A program made the translations under genes and the position numbers. A model generated the notes under the pieces. It was not told the DNA's origin. It saw nothing but the letters and a program-made list of their open reading frames with translations, and did not search any database. From Camelus dromedarius (taxonomy: Eukaryota), in assembly GCF_036321535.1 (NCBI RefSeq), contig NC_087436.1, forward strand, positions 22,198,001 to 22,262,000: DNA of 64,000 nucleotides. Reading direction: 5' to 3'. Of this stretch, positions 63,101-64,000 are shown one piece after another; position 1 is the stretch's first letter; each line of letters opens with the position of its first letter.

Positions 63101-63521
63101 GGCCCTGGTATACAAAGATGCAGTAAATTCTTCCTTTCCTAGGAAAGCTCAGAGTAATGGAGAGAAAACAAGTGTAAACAGTTCTTTCTGCCAAGTAATA
63201 GTGAAGTGAATTAAATGATTATCAAATGAATTAATAACAGGAAGTAAGCCGATAGCAGCCAGAAATCCAAATCTGTGCTATATTCAAACTGTTTTATTAT
63301 TTCTTTCTAATGAATCTAAAGGACCATAAAAAGTAATGAAATGAGCAGTGCTTCTTCTCTGTGTCCTCCGCTTCCTTTAGTGAACATTACGTGGTAGAGG
63401 TAAAGCTTCCAGCGAGAATGTTTGAGACTCTGCCACTACAGATTAAAGAAGGACAGTTGCTTCATGTGTACCCAGTACTTTTTAACGTTGGAATCAACGA
63501 ACAGCAAACTCTTGCTGAGAG
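12153..63521 (+). CDS. INPP4B: INPP4B, partial spliced CDS: join(12153-12330,23154-23357,38118-38277,56288-56460,57616-57739,58812-58929,63381-63521); gene extends beyond both window edges
   Basis: Seven exons of 178, 204, 160, 173, 124, 118 and 141 nt (1098 nt total) with compatible splice phases (2/0/0/1/0/1/2/2) and no stop codon. The translation matches the central region of mammalian INPP4B as I recall it (e.g. [62 protein letters not shown]). Confidence 0.97.
13280..13765 (-). mobile_element. Two adjacent decayed MIR SINEs (~13280-13470 and ~13530-13765)
   Basis: Antisense MIR cores, e.g. tattatctccatttcacaaaggaaaagattgaaggtcagaggagttt...ccaggattcaaac. Confidence 0.7.
16005..18960 (+). 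mobile_element. Old L1M element: 5' region, ORF1 remnant and ORF2 C-terminal remnant
   Basis: A-rich sense L1 sequence. agcaatagaaacagacccagaaatgacagagatg and ORF1-like 17200-18000; atagatcaatggaatagaatagagaatctagaaatagaccc at ~18110. ORF 18745-18981 ([12 protein letters not shown]...[13 protein letters not shown]) resembles the L1 ORF2p C-terminus. Confidence 0.88.
16337..16565 (+). mobile_element. Younger, 5'-truncated L1 3' end nested in the old L1
   Basis: cagacccacaggtatagagaacaaactagtggttaccagt...gtacaaactgttggatgtaggacaggctcaaggatgtattg...gtaacctttaa followed by an A-rich tail. It interrupts the host L1 5' region. Confidence 0.8.
19075..19180. mobile_element. MER5A-like MITE fragment within L2-like sequence
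   Basis: gggaacttgctaaaatacagattctgattcagtagttctgagctggg. Confidence 0.65.
23154..23357 (+). CDS. INPP4B: INPP4B internal coding exon B (204 nt, phase 0 to 0)
   Basis: Acceptor ttgctttccag|ACA, donor TGG|gtaagt. Encodes [68 protein letters not shown]. Not present in the ORF track. Confidence 0.97.
24205..24370 (+). mobile_element. MIR SINE
   Basis: cttaacctctctgaagttcagttttctcaactgcaaaatgaaaataa is the MIR core. Confidence 0.8.
25590..26707 (-). mobile_element. 5'-truncated L1 (L1MA-like ORF2 end plus 3' UTR), inserted into an L2 remnant
   Basis: ttagattccacatgtaagtgagatcatacagtatttgtctttctctg. ORF 26215-26400 ([30 protein letters not shown]) is the L1 ORF2p C-terminus. Possible decayed TSD tggatgaattcttt (25573-25586) / tgaatggcttcttt (26709-26722), 11/14. 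Confidence 0.92.
29560..29732 (+). mobile_element. L2 3' end
   Basis: tataagctcctgaagagcaaagacaatgtc...gcacataaaaggtgcccaata...gaatagattaatgaat. Confidence 0.8.
31355..32420 (-). mobile_element. Cluster of decayed L2 fragments
   Basis: Antisense L2 tails at ~31360 (tcaatcaacagatgttaattaagcatc) and ~31635 (ttcatttattcattc), followed by purine-rich bodies. Boundaries approximate. Confidence 0.6.
34365..34550 (+). mobile_element. MIR SINE
   Basis: gcctttggaatcaaa...tctcctcatctttaaagatggagttaatac...gaaggttaaattagctaatg. Confidence 0.7.
35885..36110 (-). mobile_element. MIR SINE
   Basis: gtgaggtaggtagggcaaagaattatcattctaaactgtagatgaacc...aatgaagtgtttttcccaagg. Confidence 0.7.
36482..37034 (-). 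mobile_element. Solo LTR, MLT2-like (ERVL)
   Basis: (c)atattagagatggttctccagaaaagtagagccaatagg...tctgcaagctggagacccaggaaagc...atcaagttgagccgtaaaataagcatcaca matches MLT2B-type LTR ends as I recall them. Confidence 0.88.
37260..37470. mobile_element. MER5-like hAT MITE
   Basis: agtggtttcttaa...tcagaagcacctgaagagc...ggttctgattaacttggtg...gatctgcattttaa...ttgaaagaactt. Confidence 0.55.
37472..37720 (+). mobile_element. L1MB-like 3' end
   Basis: gcagtcaaattcatagagtcagaaag...gtttcagtctgggaagatgaa...gtacttaatgccactg...cacaataaaaagaaaaa. Confidence 0.88.
38118..38277 (+). CDS. INPP4B: INPP4B internal coding exon C (160 nt, phase 0 to 1)
   Basis: Acceptor ctcttttcag|GAC, donor AAGG|gtaagg. Encodes [53 protein letters not shown]. 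Confidence 0.96.
40740..41620 (-). mobile_element. Ancient L1ME/L1MC fragments
   Basis: aggaaccctggtttcttttcttggaaaatagcatttagaaaccaacatttggg resembles the L1MC4-type 3' region; the flanks are L1ME-like. Confidence 0.6.
41892..41935. repeat. Perfect tandem duplication, 2 x 22 bp (GTTTCCTCGCGTTTGATTAGTT)
   Basis: Copies at 41892-41913 and 41914-41935 are identical. Confidence 0.95.
42620..43690 (-). mobile_element. L3/CR1 LINE fossil with a nested L2 tail (~43120-43220)
   Basis: ORF 43329-43514 ([33 protein letters not shown]) resembles the CR1 RT motif WLxxRxQRVVINGxxSxWxxVxSGVPQGSVLGP. CR1-like 3' end agaatcttaga at ~42626. Confidence 0.75.
44620..44815 (-). mobile_element. MIR SINE
   Basis: tctccccatgttctaggtgaggaagttaagc...caaggattcaaatccaggcag. 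Confidence 0.75.
45225..45719. mobile_element. MER45-family hAT-Tip100 DNA transposon derivative
   Basis: Left end cagggctgactttatgagcgtgggacccgtgcag...ggtttaatgctct and right end tttttgaacag...tttttcactggattctacaaattaggta...ctctg match MER45 termini as I recall them. Confidence 0.75.
45720..46055 (-). mobile_element. MER102-like hAT-Charlie element
   Basis: Terminal inverted repeats caagggttgcaa ... tttgcagcctctg. Internal ggccaaataaaatatatttgcgggcc and tttttaaaatgttgacca. Confidence 0.75.
46770..46922 (+). mobile_element. MIR/MIR3 SINE
   Basis: ctttggcagatcacttaaattctctggacctcacttccttgttggtaaaat...tcttccagctctaaagtttta. Confidence 0.75.
46972..48770 (-). mobile_element. Long L2 LINE fragment (~1.8 kb)
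   Basis: Tail tcattcagaatattt...catctactatgtgccaggc. Body motifs gaggtgtcaaggatgact, tttgggaattgtcaacatatagatggtacttaaagccatg and tgctgctgataggtcaagt. Confidence 0.9.
48778..49010 (-). mobile_element. MIR SINE
   Basis: gtagctaacagttt...ttaacagacaaagaagtggagg...agtggcaaagcctggattccagccc. Confidence 0.7.
50330..50990 (+). mobile_element. L2 LINE 3' fragment
   Basis: Pyrimidine-rich body ending taagcttcttgagggtaggggccatg... Confidence 0.6.
50997..51180 (-). mobile_element. MER2-like TcMar-Tigger MITE (short variant)
   Basis: gacttgagcatctgtggatgttgg...ggggtcctggaaccaattctccatggataccaaagaacaac and cagtcagccct...ggttgaatcc match MER2 termini. TA follows the right end. Confidence 0.82.
51497..51560. 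repeat. Short G-rich minisatellite (20-bp unit TGACTRGGGTCTAGGGTCTR, built on a TAGGGTC heptamer)
   Basis: Copies at 51516-51535 and 51536-51555, plus partial copies at 51497-51510 and 51556-51560. Confidence 0.85.
52687..52725. repeat. (GT)n/(GTGTGC)-type alternating purine-pyrimidine microsatellite
   Basis: gtgtgcgtgtgtgcgtgtgtgcgtgtgtgtgtgtgtgta. Confidence 0.92.
53916..53934 (-). promoter_or_regulatory. Candidate CTCF binding site
   Basis: The minus strand reads GTGCAGCAGGTGGCGCTGC. GCAGCAGGTGGCGC matches CCASYAGRKGGCRS at 13/14. Motif only; binding not shown. Confidence 0.55.
54075..54116. repeat. (TG)16(CG)4CA compound microsatellite
   Basis: Read directly: 42 nt of uninterrupted pyrimidine-purine alternation. 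Confidence 0.95.
55180..56155 (-). mobile_element. L2 LINE fragment ending ~130 nt upstream of exon D
   Basis: Tail actcattcaa...attgaatatctgctgtatgtaagacactg. Body gggtggtgccatccactaagatacagg...cctggagttcagaggaga. Confidence 0.8.
56288..56460 (+). CDS. INPP4B: INPP4B internal coding exon D (173 nt, phase 1 to 0)
   Basis: Acceptor cctcccctgcag|AG, donor GCA|gtaggt. Encodes (E)[57 protein letters not shown]. Confidence 0.97.
57170..57440 (-). mobile_element. MIR SINE
   Basis: caatgaccctgtgaaatgagg...ctattctacagg...agaagtggtagggacaggatttg...ctttcacaatgctgcct. Confidence 0.7.
57616..57739 (+). CDS. INPP4B: INPP4B internal coding exon E (124 nt, phase 0 to 1)
   Basis: Acceptor t12-cag|CTT, donor TACA|gtgagt. 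Encodes [41 protein letters not shown]. Confidence 0.97.
58058..58376 (-). mobile_element. MER33-like hAT-Charlie MITE with 8-bp TSD
   Basis: gtgtggctgttgagcacctgagatgt...atttctgttgtacagggctg. Flanks gtctagaa (58050-58057) and atctagaa (58377-58384) match at 7/8 with the Charlie-type NTCTAGAN target. Confidence 0.88.
58812..58929 (+). CDS. INPP4B: INPP4B internal coding exon F (118 nt, phase 1 to 2)
   Basis: Acceptor cccttgtttag|GT, donor CG|gtaagt. Encodes (S)[38 protein letters not shown](R). Confidence 0.97.
60111..62235 (+). mobile_element. Old L1 (L1MB-like) with 5' end, ORF2 3' half and complete 3' UTR; large internal portion absent
   Basis: ORFs 60570-60818 ([15 protein letters not shown]...LKFVWKCKG) and 61463-61696 ([11 protein letters not shown]...DNNKHWQEC...[12 protein letters not shown]) are L1 ORF2p. 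AATAAA at 62223-62228. Flanking direct repeat 60094-60110 / 62236-62252 (14/17). Confidence 0.9.
63381..63521 (+). CDS. INPP4B: INPP4B internal coding exon G (141 nt, phase 2 to 2)
   Basis: Acceptor cttcctttag|T, donor AG|gtaagc. Encodes [46 protein letters not shown](R). Confidence 0.97.
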
Positions 63522-64000
63522 GTAAGCTTCAGGTGTAAGATCGGTACTTGAATTTCTCTTTTCAATTGTTACAGATATGTTGAGTAATTCCACGTGTTCC
63601 TCTACGTAGAACTTCAACAGGTTCATAGGTAGCATTTTCCTTTTCATCAGTACCAAATTATTTGATATAGCAAGGAGAAATATTTATGCTTAAGGATTCC
63701 TGGCTCACATCAAATTTCAGTGTGGCAAAATAACAAAAATATTGGTGTCAATACCAAAATATTCACATGGATTAACTTTCTTTGTGTTTCCAAATACCTG
63801 GGTGTGTATATCAAATTTTAGAATTTTTTAATGCTCATATGTATTTTGACATTGTGTCAAAATTTTCTGGACCTAAAATAGAGTCTATTTTTTCTTTTAT
63901 TTACTAAGATAGTCGTTACTGGGAGATGTTAACATATCTATAATAATTGCTCAGACAACAGAAAATTATATGTGATTCCATGACTGACTGTCACAAACAC

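Noticed and set aside
1191..63656. The many 60-146 aa ORFs in the supplied track as independent genes
   Set aside because: They are short, low-complexity, often start at non-ATG codons and mostly overlap decayed repeats. Only 12238, 38124, 56215 and 57580 overlap real exons in frame; 56164, 58723, 63462 and 12225 are antisense shadows of exons.
1..64000. A novel multi-gene or prokaryote-style system (CRISPR array, operon, defence island)
   Set aside because: The window is spliced eukaryotic intron/exon sequence. There is no regularly spaced repeat-spacer array, and no ORF over 150 aa.

Overview
Mammalian (eutherian) genomic DNA lying entirely inside one large multi-exon gene on the + strand. 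I recognise it as INPP4B (inositol polyphosphate 4-phosphatase type II) from seven internal coding exons: 12153-12330, 23154-23357, 38118-38277, 56288-56460, 57616-57739, 58812-58929 and 63381-63521. All have canonical AG/GT boundaries and splice into one stop-free frame of 1098 nt, running [12 protein letters not shown]... to ...[13 protein letters not shown]. The start codon, C2 domain and catalytic CX5R exon lie outside the window. The other ~98% is AT-rich intron packed with decayed interspersed repeats (MIR, L2, L3/CR1, old L1M, ERV LTRs, hAT and Tigger elements) and microsatellites. Repeat family names come from my recollection of consensus sequences, not from a search. I saw no Alu, rodent B1/B2, ruminant Bov-tA, pig PRE-1 or cetacean CHR-2 SINEs; short L1 3' ends suggest a cetartiodactyl, possibly a camelid (tentative). 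I found no evidence of a new biological system. The best second-look items are a tailless U6 retrocopy with a target-site duplication (TSD), an internally deleted L1 that keeps both ends and a decayed TSD, a strong CTCF motif beside a Z-DNA-prone tract, a one-codon-longer Gly/Ser linker in INPP4B, competing splice sites, and a recent perfect 22-bp duplication. The supplied ORF track is almost entirely spurious or repeat-derived.
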